From contig NW_013657665.1 of assembly GCF_000142905.1 (NCBI RefSeq), forward strand, positions 62,001 through 126,000: a stretch of 64,000 nucleotides of DNA, read 5' to 3'. Origin of the DNA: Thecamonas trahens ATCC 50062. Lineage: Eukaryota > Protista > Apusomonadida. Below, in pieces: positions 22,401 through 31,947 of the stretch; position 1 is the first letter of the stretch, and each line of letters opens with the position of its first letter. Both the position numbers and the translations under genes were made by a program. Below the pieces are notes generated by a model. It had not been told where the DNA came from and did not search any database. It worked only from the letters and a program-made list of their open reading frames with translations.

Positions 22401-22782
22401 CGGCGCCCAGGTTGTCCTCGAACAGGCTGATGACCTGCTCACTCCCGCCCACCTCTCCAACCGCGACGGGCCGTCCGTCTCCAAGTTTGCCGCTCAGCCG
22501 GGCTCGGTCTCTGAAGGCGTGCGCGAGGCATATCGCTCGTTTACCCGTGGCCTCACAGACGCCGCTGCCACCATCTTTGCCGTTCCCCTCCGTGAGTACC
22601 ACCAAACTGGCACTGGCGGCATGGTCAAGTCGGTCATTCGCGCCGTCCCGGTTGCCATCCTCCGCACCGGCATGGGCACGACCGAGGCGCTCTCCAAGAC
22701 CTTGCTCGGCGTCACAAACTCGCTCGATCCGTTCCGCTTCCGTAAGCTCGCCATCAAGTACAAGGTCCCGCCCCGTCAATGA
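16486..22782 (+). CDS. ATG2: Autophagy-related lipid transfer protein ATG2
   Basis: 2098 aa. Chorein-N start (RRLFKYALRRAVGPYL...LSLNDLELN), PLRLNIDQD, VDYNPKRLD and the ATG_C region QPGSVSEGVREAY...IRAVPVAILR. Confidence 0.93.
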   Translation: MLKSVLPSSWERRLFKYALRRAVGPYLLSELRLDQLDGSATEGALSLNDLELNPVALNSFLMQSPFKISSGYLGSVAVELDWANLLDAPCDVTVDRLELALVSNDSLSPDSPLHPDNLLAAHAVLAPPSADELAEAFMAEERSAGVASVFTADPLADADYEPVSPTASSPPREMPRAAAYGSASDSAAPPDALDGVATLADLIYTIVNKVSVSVNQIAIRLEHYSPRASTRSVILITIPLLKLVDETPPGGSPRPPLWHKALRFFGWKVQLVEHDAPVPPAFVGAFDPAESVLFAAAAAVTAPASAPLPTIAVGDPATASELRLTLRNDKADDPLPPTAVPDYDLDIHIASASFALSAAQLELVLEVLDAYSLPTPAPDADADVDAECPSPPSSPSPFPLKLRARVDAVSLVLIYDAFFDLVDAELASGAPTPRGFATGTESDWDVDNPDLASSVSSSFLGLDRDDSASLATSMCRSSLASSVWHSAVLDVVEPGDLDSALASVDHMAIQLDALSCGLSLVNAPAPETNVVVTAASLAVSEVLAGKSIAVASLAPPSPEAATLVPHALCATVVLGCALPPPPLRIELLHPLSLELDLRILDRLGPFLAPSPVVAAHRMASLLADLDAIRSQPTPSFSIAELLAAKAPLVDALFASPATPSDDDLAAALPITLVVPFAALQLKFPVLASTRNAVHSERLVITAKDLVVDIPPSPDLRLVVSASELNCALDDLDFATLGSRDSRITLDIAVSSSVSVMLGLDEPGDEPVSDSPPAVHATSVPLTTPDEPHPIFGAARASSIRGVFSTLVSTFEGASQRYAAPSRAEAADLQAATLASAQYAITVSLPAAAITLSKRTYDILYARFMELLAVLDVAASRDLAILRHKLVQERKLKAAIVAARTQDIRDAGSDANSHSNDEFFDALAVTSSSDELGLLDRATPPPLLSASTSSSGTVSDDMLESALFQSMLGVAPGHGMTQDELARSILTAVPHQRPLDDSDDASADEAQQPATKPHVVIPPATQSPADDTSAYDLLLASQPTADSGLALLLTVDALSLVLVEELAPYDNEAESSDHLHTYTIVADSLRLFQAGQFRSQHLAYTTVELSGIAVTDNSVSVVRTCPVLTSNDAERAGALRVSVLGNATPRAALPDMLIALEAWRLELVIRLHDETATRMASFFGPPLAWPQVAFPPLPSTPGVLNFQAVVHDAALRYTPRHHPAALIVAASQLRVSTNMVDGAKSFGLELAFHDATGYLHDDQTALAERELGPAAESAYSFDAHFERCLGAARIAALDYAQLFIRTSDEPDVARSGPAFELRVSNELLRLDLCRDSLHIVNDLITYLGAGMDWLDADQLQAALDDAAAALDARNVARARAHANTTTVGATDNVVVAAQSEAAAAAAPAAGSPDMFDALEAEAFASDDGSSGPDLIALAAEELFPGEAPGDRNAAALTGGEPGLAALGESNASVYHDALPMVEDYFGPGEAARVAAPPHLRKKRVTIVETPIELPPSIHVGVAPAADNDDDWFVFDIEIDDDAAEYYDTVTASSKSVPVGELPTTVRVNRQAGLASDTTIRSVYSLDHADADGGRVVESGNVTIVSRLSAGEAIPMVENYFARPALLPGRATGEAALEDNLDSVITLNDISIVIALHDGLDFGDGSEPRMADAVEFCFSHAFVRSASYTPASAKVSSLTVSIKDLEIVDGLSSSVHHKVLTYLESEETPRRAGSAMISARYDLVLPAESASAADAEVQLKVSLLPLRLNIDQDVAELVVSAALHSARPELRGVLELVEQHAAVSVELAAGESCSAEYSADDDAESEETFVQYVEISKLELRVDYNPKRLDYERLWNREGVEDVLQFFNLVPIDDMALVLAPVKLAGMAGWPAVVAGIIEVWRPKDRSDVLRMLPGLVGGISPLRPIMNVGTGFAELVMLPIEHYQRDGRVMYGLQRGATSLLRRAAFEAANVSAHLSVGAQVVLEQADDLLTPAHLSNRDGPSVSKFAAQPGSVSEGVREAYRSFTRGLTDAAATIFAVPLREYHQTGTGGMVKSVIRAVPVAILRTGMGTTEALSKTLLGVTNSLDPFRFRKLAIKYKVPPRQ

Positions 22783-25700
22783 ACGCCCAGACGCACCACC
22801 TCGTGCGAGAACCGTGCCTCACGCCCATGCCCTCGGCTGCCCCGGCCTCGGCTGCCCCGGCCTCGGCTGCCCCGGCCTCGGCTGCCCCGGCCTCGGATGC
22901 CCCGGCCTCGGCTGCCACGAGACTTGATCCGCCCGCGTCCACTGCCGATCATCCGAGTCTTGATTGCCCGTCCACGTGGCTTTTCCTGCCGTTTCGTAGG
23001 TGTTGCGTGGGACCGCGAGGTCTCGGTAGGCTGCGCGTAGCGGGGAGAGCGTGGGGAGTGCCGCGCAAGCCGACCCCGGGTCCGCGGCAGCGCTCGCTCC
23101 GCAACGTTGTGCCCGTGCGCCTCCTTTCGTCCACGGAAAGCAAAAAACGGGACCACAGGCAGAAGGCTGTTGAGGGCCGCTGGCTTGGCGGGCGCGCTCG
23201 CCACTGGATCAGGCGATGCCAGCTCCTCGAGCGTGAGCGGTGTCGTCGGCGTTGCTGGGACCGCTCGCGCCACTGGCGACGGCTCTGACGACGGCGACGA
23301 GACCGCGTCAAGCGTTGTCGATGATGAGACAGACGAGACTGGTGAGACTGGCAACGGCAGAGTAGCAGTCTCACTGGGTGTTGCACTGTCGCTGTGGGCG
23401 CCCGGCTGGTTCTCGCACGGTGGTGATGACGACGCGTGTGCGGGGGGGCTGGTCGCAGTCTTGGGCTCGGGCTGGGGCTCGGGCGACGGCGATGCTGCAA
23501 CCGGCGGTGGGTTGATCATCGACGACGTCCGCCGGTGGCCGCTGCTCCTTGGCCCGTTACGTGAGTCCGGTGAACCAGTCGCCGACGAGCTTGGCGATGA
23601 CACCGCAGACGCGGTGCGGCGGTGCGTGAACCGGTGCCCGCCAGCCGCAGACGCGGTGCTGGCCGGTGTCGGCTTGCGGAGCGGCGACGGGCTCGGTGGC
23701 GACGTCGAGAGCGGCGACGGCGAGCCGAGCGGGCGAGCCCGGACCGTGGCCGCGCTCGACGCCGGTCGCGACCGCAACGCCTGCTTGGCCAGTTCGGACG
23801 CAGTCTCGTGGTCGAGCGACGTCGATGACGTCGGCGACGTCTGCGACCGGACTCGCATCCCGATGCTCAGTGGCGACGGCTTGGTCGTCCTCCCCACGAG
23901 CGGCAGCTGGGCCGAGTTTGGCGACGTCTGCGACCGTGACCGCCCTCCGCTACTTGTGGGTGGGGCAACCACCGGGAGCGGTGTTGAGGCCTCGGCCGAC
24001 GTCGCCCGCCCAAACGTGTCGTCAGCCTCGTCGTCAGAGACCGGGGACGCGAGGCTGGCTTGCACGCCGGGAGAGATGGAGAGCGGCGAGGCTGACACTG
24101 CCCGTGGCTCGCGAGCATTGTCTGCTTGTCCCTGTGGAAGCGTCAGGACGTCCGGGGCTCCTGCCGCCTCCTGCTCTGGCCGAAGAACGACTGGGTTGGC
24201 CGGCGACGAGCCCGGCGGCTCGGCTGAGTTGGCGCGTGACGCCCGCGGCGAGTCGCGCGTTCCCAACGTCGACAGCGCCTCGGTCGATGCCGCCCGTGAG
24301 AGTTGCGGTGACTCGTGGTCAGGCTCGGCTGGCTCAGCCCGGTCGACTGACGCTGCTCGCGACGGCGACCCGGTGCAACTGGATGTCGGCGACGAAGCCG
24401 ACGGCGGCGAGCTGCTGCGGCCTCGCACGTCCACGGATCCAGTCTCGTGTGGCGGCGGCGTCGGAAGCTTGGTCTGCGGTGATGACACCGTAGCCGGTGC
24501 GTCGGGCGTGGTCGGTGTGACGGTCGTTTCTGGTCGAGGCGGCATCTGCGACTCGCGCATCGGCGACGCCGAACGTGACCTTGGTGGGGTCGCGCCTGTC
24601 ACCAGCGCCCGCCGCAGCTCGATAGATGGCGACCAGCCGGGAGCGGGCTTGGTCTTGCGCGGCGGACTCTTGGGCGAGATCGGCGAGGTCGGCGACGGCG
24701 GCTTGGCGCCGGCCGGGTTAGGCGAGCGCCGGCGAATAGGGCGGACCGGCGACGGTGGGGCGTTGGTTGCCGGCGACGAGGGAACAGACACCGGCCGCGC
24801 AGGGCGCGACGCCGACCGCGATGGCTGCGACGGCGACTCGAGCGAGAGCTGCGCAAACCGTTCCGGCAACGAGTCGATCGACGTTGTCCGTGGCATGTGC
24901 CGGATTGGCGAGAGCTGCCGGACAGTAGCCGCAAGCGACGAGGTGAGTGAGGCCGACGAGTTACCAGGCGCCGGGGAGGCGGGAGAGACCCCAATTTCCG
25001 GTAACGACGATGCAAAGACCAGCGCAGGGAGCGCGGCCTGGGCCTCGGTCGCGCGTGCAACCATCGGGCCGACGCCGCTACCGCCGCGATCAGGCGGGCT
25101 GCCAGCGAGATCGTCGGGCGAGGCCGAGAGTGAGCTGGTGGAGCGGGCAGCGACAATGGCAATGCCATCGTCCGAATCGTCGTCCGAGTCGGGGACGACG
25201 TTAAAGGTGAGCCGCGAGAACCGGCCGGGCACCCCGGCTACCGCCCGCTCGAGCGACGAAATCCAAGCGTCGCGGGCAGCGTCCGAGGGGAAGACCAGCT
25301 CAATGCCGCGCACCATGCCCATCGAGTAGAGGACAAGTCGAGCCCGGGGGTGGATGGAGACCCGCGAGAGGTCGGCGAGCTTGGCCGAGTCGGTGGCCAC
25401 AAGGTCGATGTCGAGCGTCGACGCCGAGTGGGAGGTTGCCCGGATGACCTCGAGGAACGAGTCATACAGAACCAGGTGCTGCCACGAGAGAAAGCCCTTG
25501 ATCTTGTCGCCATCGAGGGTTACGTCATCGATGACCGCCGCACCACGACGGCGGCGGTCCTGCAACCGCGCTGCAACGGCGGCAAAGAACTGGTGGCGCT
25601 CAATGAGCGAGAGCGCGCGCCCGGCGAGGCTGGCCAGAATGGTGGCATTGAGGCCGAGGACCCGCGCGTCGGGGTGCGAGGTGGTGGTGAGCGCCGCGAT

Positions 25701-26435
25701 GCGGCAAATTTGCCGGTGCGCGTTGACGAGTCGGACTAGTGGAAGGAGCAAGTAGGCCTCGACCGAGTGGAGCGACGGCGACATGACAACAACATCACCC
25801 AGCGCCAGGTCGTCGTCGTCGGCCATTCCTGTCCGCGTGTCGATGGCCGAAGGATGCGACGCCGGCGCAGAGTCGACCGAGTGGCGGGCAAAGCGGGGCG
25901 GCCGCGACGGCGTCGCCGGCTCGTGGAGCGAGACCTGCGACATCAACGTCGTCTCCTGGGCGCCGGCGCCAAGCGCAAAGAAGGTCCAAAACAAGACAAA
26001 GTCCTCCACTCGGGTCCACGCCATGGCCCGCTGCCAGGCATCGAGCATGCGAGTCATCACCGCGGACATCTTGGGCATGTAGTGGAGGAGGATGGGCGCG
26101 AGGACAAACGACGAGGCGGTGGCGCCAAAGTCGTCGACAAACATCTTTGACGCCACCAAAACGCCCTTGATGCGGCCAAAGCAGCGAGCGAGGGCGTGGA
26201 TGTCGATGCGGAGCGAGTCGACTTGCGCCAGCTTGCGGAGCCGGGTCTGGCCCGGGACCACGCCCGGATGCCGAGACGTTCCGTTTCTCAGCGCACTCAG
26301 TGCACGCAGAGTATCGTCCTCAGCCTCAAGAAACGCTGCAAACATCAATTGTCGTGCCGCCAGCTGAGCATCCACCACGGCCGGCGACGATGCCGGCGCA
26401 GGTGGTGATGCTGCTTGTCCAACAGACGGGGCCAT
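22776..26435 (-). CDS. Degenerate RhoGEF (DH-PH) protein with a long Ser/Pro-rich tail; the N-terminus may extend to about 26884
   Basis: FLEAEDDTLRAL and VEAYLLLPLVRL...TTTSHPD match DH conserved regions. FPSDAARDAWISSLERA matches the PH C-terminal helix. Confidence 0.7.
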   Translation of the reverse strand: MAPSVGQAASPPAPASSPAVVDAQLAARQLMFAAFLEAEDDTLRALSALRNGTSRHPGVVPGQTRLRKLAQVDSLRIDIHALARCFGRIKGVLVASKMFVDDFGATASSFVLAPILLHYMPKMSAVMTRMLDAWQRAMAWTRVEDFVLFWTFFALGAGAQETTLMSQVSLHEPATPSRPPRFARHSVDSAPASHPSAIDTRTGMADDDDLALGDVVVMSPSLHSVEAYLLLPLVRLVNAHRQICRIAALTTTSHPDARVLGLNATILASLAGRALSLIERHQFFAAVAARLQDRRRRGAAVIDDVTLDGDKIKGFLSWQHLVLYDSFLEVIRATSHSASTLDIDLVATDSAKLADLSRVSIHPRARLVLYSMGMVRGIELVFPSDAARDAWISSLERAVAGVPGRFSRLTFNVVPDSDDDSDDGIAIVAARSTSSLSASPDDLAGSPPDRGGSGVGPMVARATEAQAALPALVFASSLPEIGVSPASPAPGNSSASLTSSLAATVRQLSPIRHMPRTTSIDSLPERFAQLSLESPSQPSRSASRPARPVSVPSSPATNAPPSPVRPIRRRSPNPAGAKPPSPTSPISPKSPPRKTKPAPGWSPSIELRRALVTGATPPRSRSASPMRESQMPPRPETTVTPTTPDAPATVSSPQTKLPTPPPHETGSVDVRGRSSSPPSASSPTSSCTGSPSRAASVDRAEPAEPDHESPQLSRAASTEALSTLGTRDSPRASRANSAEPPGSSPANPVVLRPEQEAAGAPDVLTLPQGQADNAREPRAVSASPLSISPGVQASLASPVSDDEADDTFGRATSAEASTPLPVVAPPTSSGGRSRSQTSPNSAQLPLVGRTTKPSPLSIGMRVRSQTSPTSSTSLDHETASELAKQALRSRPASSAATVRARPLGSPSPLSTSPPSPSPLRKPTPASTASAAGGHRFTHRRTASAVSSPSSSATGSPDSRNGPRSSGHRRTSSMINPPPVAASPSPEPQPEPKTATSPPAHASSSPPCENQPGAHSDSATPSETATLPLPVSPVSSVSSSTTLDAVSSPSSEPSPVARAVPATPTTPLTLEELASPDPVASAPAKPAALNSLLPVVPFFAFRGRKEAHGHNVAERALPRTRGRLARHSPRSPRYAQPTETSRSHATPTKRQEKPRGRAIKTRMIGSGRGRIKSRGSRGRGIRGRGSRGRGSRGRGSRGRGSRGHGREARFSHEVVRLGVH
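22829..22917. repeat. 15-bp tandem repeat (gcctcggctgccccg) x~6, encoding RGRGS repeats on the minus strand
   Basis: Directly visible at the 3' end of the DH-PH ORF. Confidence 0.9.
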
Positions 26436-27181
26436 GGGATGGTCACCGTCGGCGTCAGGTTCGAGTCGGAGACTCCTGCTTCATCTCTTGAAGGAGAGCC
26501 TTCTGCCATCATGGCTTCAGTCGCAGCAGAGACTACTTGCCCGTCCTCGCCCACCACAACCACCTCGCCAATCCATGGCACCTCGGTCACCTGGGCCGAC
26601 GGCAGGGGGTGGGGTGCCCGGCGGGGGGTGACCATGTACATTGTCGCGCCCGCCTTCCTCCCTCTCCTCACCTACTCCGTGTCCCTGCTCATGACCATTC
26701 TCTCGTCTTCCAACGTGACCTTGCCCTTGTCCCTTGGTGGGGAGACTGAGCATGGTGGGGTGGAGTGCCACAGGACAGCGTCGGCTGTCACCGAGGGCGA
26801 GTGTGTGAGTGCGCCCGCCATCAGACTTGAAGCCAACGAATCACCCGAGTCGCCCGACAGTGTGGGGCGGTTACGGGGAGCCATGACGAACTGATCAGGA
26901 CGGGCAAAGGTCAAAAAGTGGGAAGGTGGCTGTTTACAGAATCCGGTTGTACACGTCCTACTAGCTACTTGGCTGCATCTCGCGCTGTGGGTGATACTCA
27001 GGGACGAGATCCGGAGCCGCCACGTGACGAAAAAGGTCGTGAATCAGCGGCAGGGACAGCTTGCGTGATCAGCGGTTTGCGCCGACCTGTCCTCGATCGA
27101 GGCAAAAGTGGCCACCGCGGGGCAGGGGGGGGGGGGGAGGGGGGGGAGGAGGAGAGCTAGAATGGGGATCACCCTTTACTA

Positions 27182-27199
27182 TGTGTGGGTGTGTGTGTA

Positions 27200-27249
<50 letters not shown>
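27182..27249. repeat. (TG)n microsatellite
   Basis: Directly visible. Confidence 0.95.
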
Positions 27250-27250
<1 letters not shown>

Positions 27251-27570
27251 CGGCTACAAATAGACTAGCCCATCGCCAGTGTGATCGTCCTTGCTGCGGC
27301 CACATTGCCTCGCACGCAAACCAAGTCGATCCACCCTGGTCATGTCCAGCAAGCCGAGCGAGCATCTATGCTGATCATGAACACTACATTGTCGTCATTG
27401 TAACGAAATGTGATGTGCCTCATCCATGGCGCAACATCCTTCCATCTCGCAATATGTGGTACCGGGACGGGTTGTTGTCGTCAGCCCCGTACGGCGAGCC
27501 AGAAGTGAGTCGGCGAGGTGAGCCTTGACTTCGACCTCGACGACATCTCTCCAGACATCATCGAGGGAGC

Positions 27571-29073
27571 ATGGATGAAGGCAACCTGAAACTCGCACAA
27601 GAGTTTCTTCCTGAAGAGTATGTGCGACAAGGAGGTGTGTCACTGGGCGGACGGGCCCGTGCGGTGCGGAGTCTCCTGTCGCAGCGACAGCTGCCGAGAC
27701 AGGGCTGGAACGAGGCGAGCATCAGTGCCTTTCTCGATGAGCTGGCGACGATGGACTCGAACAACTTTGCTGATCGTGCTGGTGTTGGTGAGCGGGAGGC
27801 TCGCGTGTTCTCGCCGCTGGTAGCTCGGAGACACTTTGGACTCGGCCATGGCGTCGGCCGATCGGGCGAGCTAGCTGCTGTCCAGCCCAAGGCTGCCGGA
27901 TCATCGCTGATGTACAAGCTGGCCAACGCTCTTGTTCTGCACGCGCTTCGGCTGGCAGGCATGCGGGTCGCAAAGAAAGCCATCATTGTGCCGACCGCCA
28001 CGGGTATGGCGCTCGTTCTCTGTCTCCTTGCGCTCTGTGCGCAGGACGAGGAGGCCAACCGCGAGGAGCACGGCTCGAGTGCTGACGATGGTGGGGCAAG
28101 TGAGAGCAGACACGCGCGGCGGTACGTCATCTGGCCGCGGATCGACCAAAAGACGGCGTTCAAGGCCATCCTCACTGCGGGGCTCACGCCGCTGGTGGTG
28201 GAGCCGCGCAAGTGCCCACGCGGAAGCGACGCGCTGGTCACCGACGTCGACGGCGTGCGGGCAGCGATCGAGTCGGTCGGCGCCGACAACGTGCTGTGCA
28301 TTCTCTCGACCACCTCTTGCTTTGCGCCGCGAACGCCCGACAAGGTGGTGGCGCTGGCGGAGTTGGCGTCCGAGTACGGCATCGGGCATGTGGTCAACAA
28401 CGCGTACGGTGTGCAGTCGCGGCGTTGCATGGGTCTGCTCAACGAGGCTGCACGGGTCGGCCGGCTAGATGCCTTTGTCCAAAGCACTGACAAGAACTTT
28501 ATGGTGCCGGTCGGCGGCGCCGTGGTGGCATCGGCTAACAAGGCCTTTGTTGACGCCGTCTCGCTGCTCTACCCGGGGCGCGCGTCGGCGGCACCCATCG
28601 TCGACCTCTTCATCACCCTGCTGGCCATGGGCGAGGAGGGATGGACCGAGCTGCTGGCCTCGCGGGCCGACGTCTTTGGCTACGCACAGGCCGAGTTGGC
28701 CCAGGTCGCTGAGCGGACTGGGCTCCGCCTCCTCGACGTGCGCGGCAACGACATCTCGATGGCGCTCTCGCTTGACGCGCTGAGCTCCGAGTGCGGCGGC
28801 GACGACGATGCCGTCACCATGCTCGGCTCGATGCTGTTTGTGCGCTCGGTTTCGGGCGCCCGCGTCGTTGTCCCGTCCAAGACCAAGACCATCGGCCCGG
28901 TCACGTTTGCCCACTACGGGTCGCACTCGTCGGCCTCGTCCGAGCCGTACGTCAACGTCGCCGCCGCCATTGGCATGACCTCCACGGACATCGACCGCTT
29001 CGTTGTCCGCTTTGAGAAGACGCTCGCCGCGTGGCGCAAGGCACACGCCTCCCCGAGCACCAGCACCTCCTGA
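27571..29073 (+). CDS. SEPSECS: O-phosphoseryl-tRNA(Sec) selenium transferase
   Basis: GVGEREARV, HGVGRSG...QPKAAGSS, WPRIDQK, HVVNNAYG, VQSTDKNFMVPVGG (PLP lysine) and YPGRAS. Confidence 0.97.
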   Translation: MDEGNLKLAQEFLPEEYVRQGGVSLGGRARAVRSLLSQRQLPRQGWNEASISAFLDELATMDSNNFADRAGVGEREARVFSPLVARRHFGLGHGVGRSGELAAVQPKAAGSSLMYKLANALVLHALRLAGMRVAKKAIIVPTATGMALVLCLLALCAQDEEANREEHGSSADDGGASESRHARRYVIWPRIDQKTAFKAILTAGLTPLVVEPRKCPRGSDALVTDVDGVRAAIESVGADNVLCILSTTSCFAPRTPDKVVALAELASEYGIGHVVNNAYGVQSRRCMGLLNEAARVGRLDAFVQSTDKNFMVPVGGAVVASANKAFVDAVSLLYPGRASAAPIVDLFITLLAMGEEGWTELLASRADVFGYAQAELAQVAERTGLRLLDVRGNDISMALSLDALSSECGGDDDAVTMLGSMLFVRSVSGARVVVPSKTKTIGPVTFAHYGSHSSASSEPYVNVAAAIGMTSTDIDRFVVRFEKTLAAWRKAHASPSTSTS

Positions 29074-29320
29074 AATGCCCTGCTGTGACTACATCATCTC
29101 GAGCATGAGGCGGACTCGGGGGGCCGCCGCGCCGTAAACGTTTTTGCTGGCGACGCAATTTCCCGCGCCAACCATTCATCCAACTTTCGCGCCAAAACGC
29201 CTCATAGCGACAACGAGTCGGCAGGCGAGGGAGAGAGCGACAAGGCGGCGAGGCAGGGTGGTGAAAAGGCAGACCGGCGAGGAGTACGGAGAGCAAAGCA
29301 AAGGCTACACCTCTCCCATT

Positions 29321-29860
29321 ATGTCTCTAGAGGCACTCAAGGATGCGCTGCGGAGCTCGCTGGAGGCTTCCGGGGCTCTGGAGGAGGCGCGTGCGGGGAT
29401 GAGGGCGCAGGTGTATGAAGCCCTCGTGGGCGGGGAGGGTGGCGACGGCGGTGCGGGAGGAGCTGGAGCAGTGCCTGTCTCTCAAGCCAATCTCATTCTC
29501 AATGAGCTCATTGCAGAGTATCTGGCGTACAATGGTTACCATCATACTCTCTCGGTCTTTGCTCCGGAATCGGCTCTTCCTCATGATCGCATCGCTCCGC
29601 AAGTCCTCCGATCTCAGCTGAGGCTCCCTCTTGCTCATCCAGAGGCGGCAAACTTGCCCATTCTCTACCAAGCGCTGGCGGGCATGCAAGACTCGGTCCG
29701 TTCTCGTCCGCCGGTATCGGCTGCCGAGCCGACTCGCGCGCCTGCTTACGATATGACCGACAACGCGTTTGAGCAAGAGTCGGACGACGACGACAATGAC
29801 GCCAGCGGCAACCATGCCGGCTATGCCCATGCGCCGGGTGGTCTTGCCTTTGATATGTGA
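29321..29860 (+). CDS. CEP20: LisH-domain centrosomal/basal body protein FOPNL/FOR20
   Basis: LKDALRSSLEASG...RAQVYEAL, NLILNELIAEYLAYNGYHHTLSVFAPES and LPILY. Confidence 0.85.
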   Translation: MSLEALKDALRSSLEASGALEEARAGMRAQVYEALVGGEGGDGGAGGAGAVPVSQANLILNELIAEYLAYNGYHHTLSVFAPESALPHDRIAPQVLRSQLRLPLAHPEAANLPILYQALAGMQDSVRSRPPVSAAEPTRAPAYDMTDNAFEQESDDDDNDASGNHAGYAHAPGGLAFDM

Positions 29861-29895
29861 TGCGCTCGTAGTTGAAATGAGGCGCGTGTGGCGCG

Positions 29896-31572
29896 CTACG
29901 GAGTGTACGGCGGCGGCGCCTCGAGGAGTGACGCCGACGAGACGTTCGCAAACGCACCGATGTCGACGGCGACGCCTGGAACGCCGGCTCCACCAGGAGG
30001 TGCAGCAGGTGTGAAGAGCGCGGGCTGGGCTTGCGCCGGCATGTAGACCTTGGCCGCCCCGCCCCCGCCTGCGGGCGGCGCAGACGGCGGCGGCGCAGAC
30101 GGCGGCGGCGCAGACGGCGGCGGCGCAGACGCGTCAGCCGGCGGGGCCGACGGCTGTGGCGGCGGCGCAGCAGCAGCGGCGGCGCGCTGCGCTGGCGTGA
30201 GGTAAAACTCGTCAAAGAGCATGCCGATGTCCAGGCCGGCAAGCTCGTTGTCGGTGAGGAGGCGCGAGAAGGTCTTGTGGAACTCACTTACCTGCTTCTC
30301 GCGCATTTCGCCGTTGGCGACTGCAATGGCAAGGTTGGTCTGGATGGCAGCGATCCAGGCATCGCGCTCGGCGGCCGTCGTACACTGAAAGTAGTAGGTG
30401 CGCGCGCGCGTAGCCTCTCGAGCAGCGTTGATCTTGGAGGCCATCGAGAAGACTGACGATGTGGACACGATGTCAACCATATCATTGGCCATCTCGCCGT
30501 GGCGCGCCGGAATGTGGATGGCAAAGACGTTGTCGCGGCCGACGACGCCAAGCGTGGGCGAGACAACCGACATGGGCGAGACCATCATCTTGAACACTGA
30601 CGGGTTTTGGGCCTTGAGTTCGAACGCGTCCTTTTGCCGTGGCGTCGTGGATTCGACCGCGGACACCGTCGAGCCGGCGCCAAAGGTGAAGACGCCGCGG
30701 GCGAGTGCGGCGTCGCTGGCCTCAGCCTCGGTCTTGTAGTACGAGAAGACCGAGCCGATCATGACAAGGAACCGCTTTTGCCACCGCGCCGAGCCTGTAA
30801 TCGCCATCCGGGCCTTTGAGAGCTTGACGACGTTGCCGGCACGGTTGACCGGCTCGGCCGGGAGCTGAGCGCGTCGGGCGGCCGACTCGGCGGCCGACGT
30901 CCACTTCTTGGGCCCGGGAATGTCGGCAAAGCCGCCGGCCTCGGTCATGATGATCAGCTGGCCGCCCTGCTTCGAGATTGACGAGCCGTCCGGCAAGGTG
31001 GCAAACTTGACCGGCCCGTCGGCGAAAAAGGTGTACCCGCCCGGGCCGACCGGCGGCTTCCAGTTGTCCCAATCAATGTCGTCGACATCGACAAAGTCGG
31101 CATCGCCGGGCTCCGGCGCCGGCGGTGCACTCGGGGTCCCGCCACTGCCGCTCGCTGCCGCTGCCATTGTTGCGTGCTGCATGGCGGTGACCTGCTGGGT
31201 GACGGCAACGCGGCGGGCGTTGGCCTCGCGCTGGCGACGGGCCGAGTCCTCGCGCATCCTCCGATCGCGGTCCATCTGCTCGCGCTGCCGCCGCATCTGA
31301 TCTTGCCGCAGCTGCTCCTGTTGTCGCCGCATCTGATCTTGCCGCATCTGCTCCTGTTGCCGCCGCATCTGCTCTTGCTGTCGCCGCATCTGCTCCTGCT
31401 GCTGCCTCCGCATCTGCTCCTGTTGCCGCCGCATTTGCTCCTGCTGCTGCCTCCGCATCTGCTCCTGCATCCGCATCTGGTTTTGACGCATCTGATCCTG
31501 CTGCCGCCGCATCTGATCTTGCCGCATCCGATCCTGCTGCATCCGCATCTGGTTCTGCTGTTGCCAATTCAT
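29896..31572 (-). CDS. PH-domain protein with N-terminal QMRRQQE repeats, paralogue 1
   Basis: WQKRFLVM...FSYYK...ARG and RTYYFQCTTAAERDAWIAAI; Pro-rich tail ending in PPPY. Confidence 0.85.
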   Translation of the reverse strand: MNWQQQNQMRMQQDRMRQDQMRRQQDQMRQNQMRMQEQMRRQQQEQMRRQQEQMRRQQQEQMRRQQEQMRRQQEQMRQDQMRRQQEQLRQDQMRRQREQMDRDRRMREDSARRQREANARRVAVTQQVTAMQHATMAAAASGSGGTPSAPPAPEPGDADFVDVDDIDWDNWKPPVGPGGYTFFADGPVKFATLPDGSSISKQGGQLIIMTEAGGFADIPGPKKWTSAAESAARRAQLPAEPVNRAGNVVKLSKARMAITGSARWQKRFLVMIGSVFSYYKTEAEASDAALARGVFTFGAGSTVSAVESTTPRQKDAFELKAQNPSVFKMMVSPMSVVSPTLGVVGRDNVFAIHIPARHGEMANDMVDIVSTSSVFSMASKINAAREATRARTYYFQCTTAAERDAWIAAIQTNLAIAVANGEMREKQVSEFHKTFSRLLTDNELAGLDIGMLFDEFYLTPAQRAAAAAAPPPQPSAPPADASAPPPSAPPPSAPPPSAPPAGGGGAAKVYMPAQAQPALFTPAAPPGGAGVPGVAVDIGAFANVSSASLLEAPPPYTP

Positions 31573-31947
31573 GGTGTGTGTCTCTTCTTATTGAACAGAA
31601 AACGAGTCGCTCGGCACGAGAGTCCTCCGCCGTCGACGTAGAGTTCAAGCAAGCCGAGTCCAGGCAGACAACGTCCCAGCTCGGATGGTGCTATTGCCTA
31701 CTAGTGAGGTGAGGTGAGTCGTGTGGTGCCTGGGTTGGGTGGTCGGGAGGGAGAGGGAGGGGGGGGGGGGTGGCGAATGGTGTCAACGTGGATCACGGGC
31801 ACGTGCCAACCATTCCATGTCGATGGCGGCATGTCGACGGCGGCTTAACTGGATCTTTTTCTTGCTGCAGAGGCGCTACACTGTAGCTGCAGGAAGCTGG
31901 TGCAATGGTTGGTGTGTCGTGTTTGTGTACTTGCGGAGGGATACACA

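Noticed and set aside
7028-25329. Long antisense or alternate-frame ORFs (e.g. 7028-8482, 20884-22779, 23107-25329)
   Set aside because: Expected shadows of GC-rich coding sequence; no recognisable motifs.
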